This document shows, in pieces, positions 63,861-64,000 of a stretch of DNA of 64,000 bases. The position numbers and the translations under genes are program-made. The notes under the pieces are model-generated. The model did not search any database. It was not told where the DNA came from and saw only the letters and a program-made list of their open reading frames with translations. Within the stretch, counting starts at the first letter, position 1, and each line of letters opens with the position of its first letter. This stretch comes from Lama glama (lineage: Eukaryota): positions 90,832,001 through 90,896,000 of the forward strand of contig CM052817.1 of assembly GCA_028534125.1 (NCBI GenBank), written 5' to 3'.

Positions 63861-64000
63861 TAAACAAAATGAATGTATAAGATGTTAAAAATAACAGTAT
63901 GTTACTATGTTGAAGGGATGTAAATTAATGCAGTTGTTGGAGGGTGTACAAGTTTCCCTCTAATTTCTTTCCTTTTCTTTGTAGCATATTCATGTGGTCC

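Overview
A 64-kb mammalian window that is mostly non-coding (intronic or intergenic), AT-rich and CpG-depleted, with one 500-N gap at 55269-55768. It is most likely a camelid: it carries tRNA-derived Vic-1-like SINEs, and I saw no Alu, Bov-tA, PRE-1 or Can-SINE. A large fraction of the window is interspersed repeats: old and young L1, L2, MIR, MaLR/ERVL and ERV1 solo LTRs, and hAT/TcMar DNA transposons (MER5, MER58A, MER63A, MER91, MER104-like, Tigger1). All family names come from my recall of consensus sequences, not from a database search. I could not identify any protein-coding gene. There are only low-confidence minus-strand candidates: a possible terminal exon at 51.7 kb and several possible first exons at 10.1, 17.6, 21.5 and 27.5 kb. 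No CRISPR array, RNA gene or prokaryotic system is present. The most interesting signals are structural. (1) A ~3.07-kb composite (L1 5'UTR+ORF1, inverted ORF2 piece, passenger repeats, old L1MC 3' end) is bracketed by one apparent target-site duplication, which would make it an ORF1-only non-autonomous unit. (2) A 41-bp templated insertion inside a MIR matches a site 6.66 kb away exactly. (3) A twin-primed L1 has only ~36 bp in the sense orientation. (4) An L1/SINE-tail chimera with a second L1 nested inside splits a MER58A. (5) There is a candidate L1 3' transduction.
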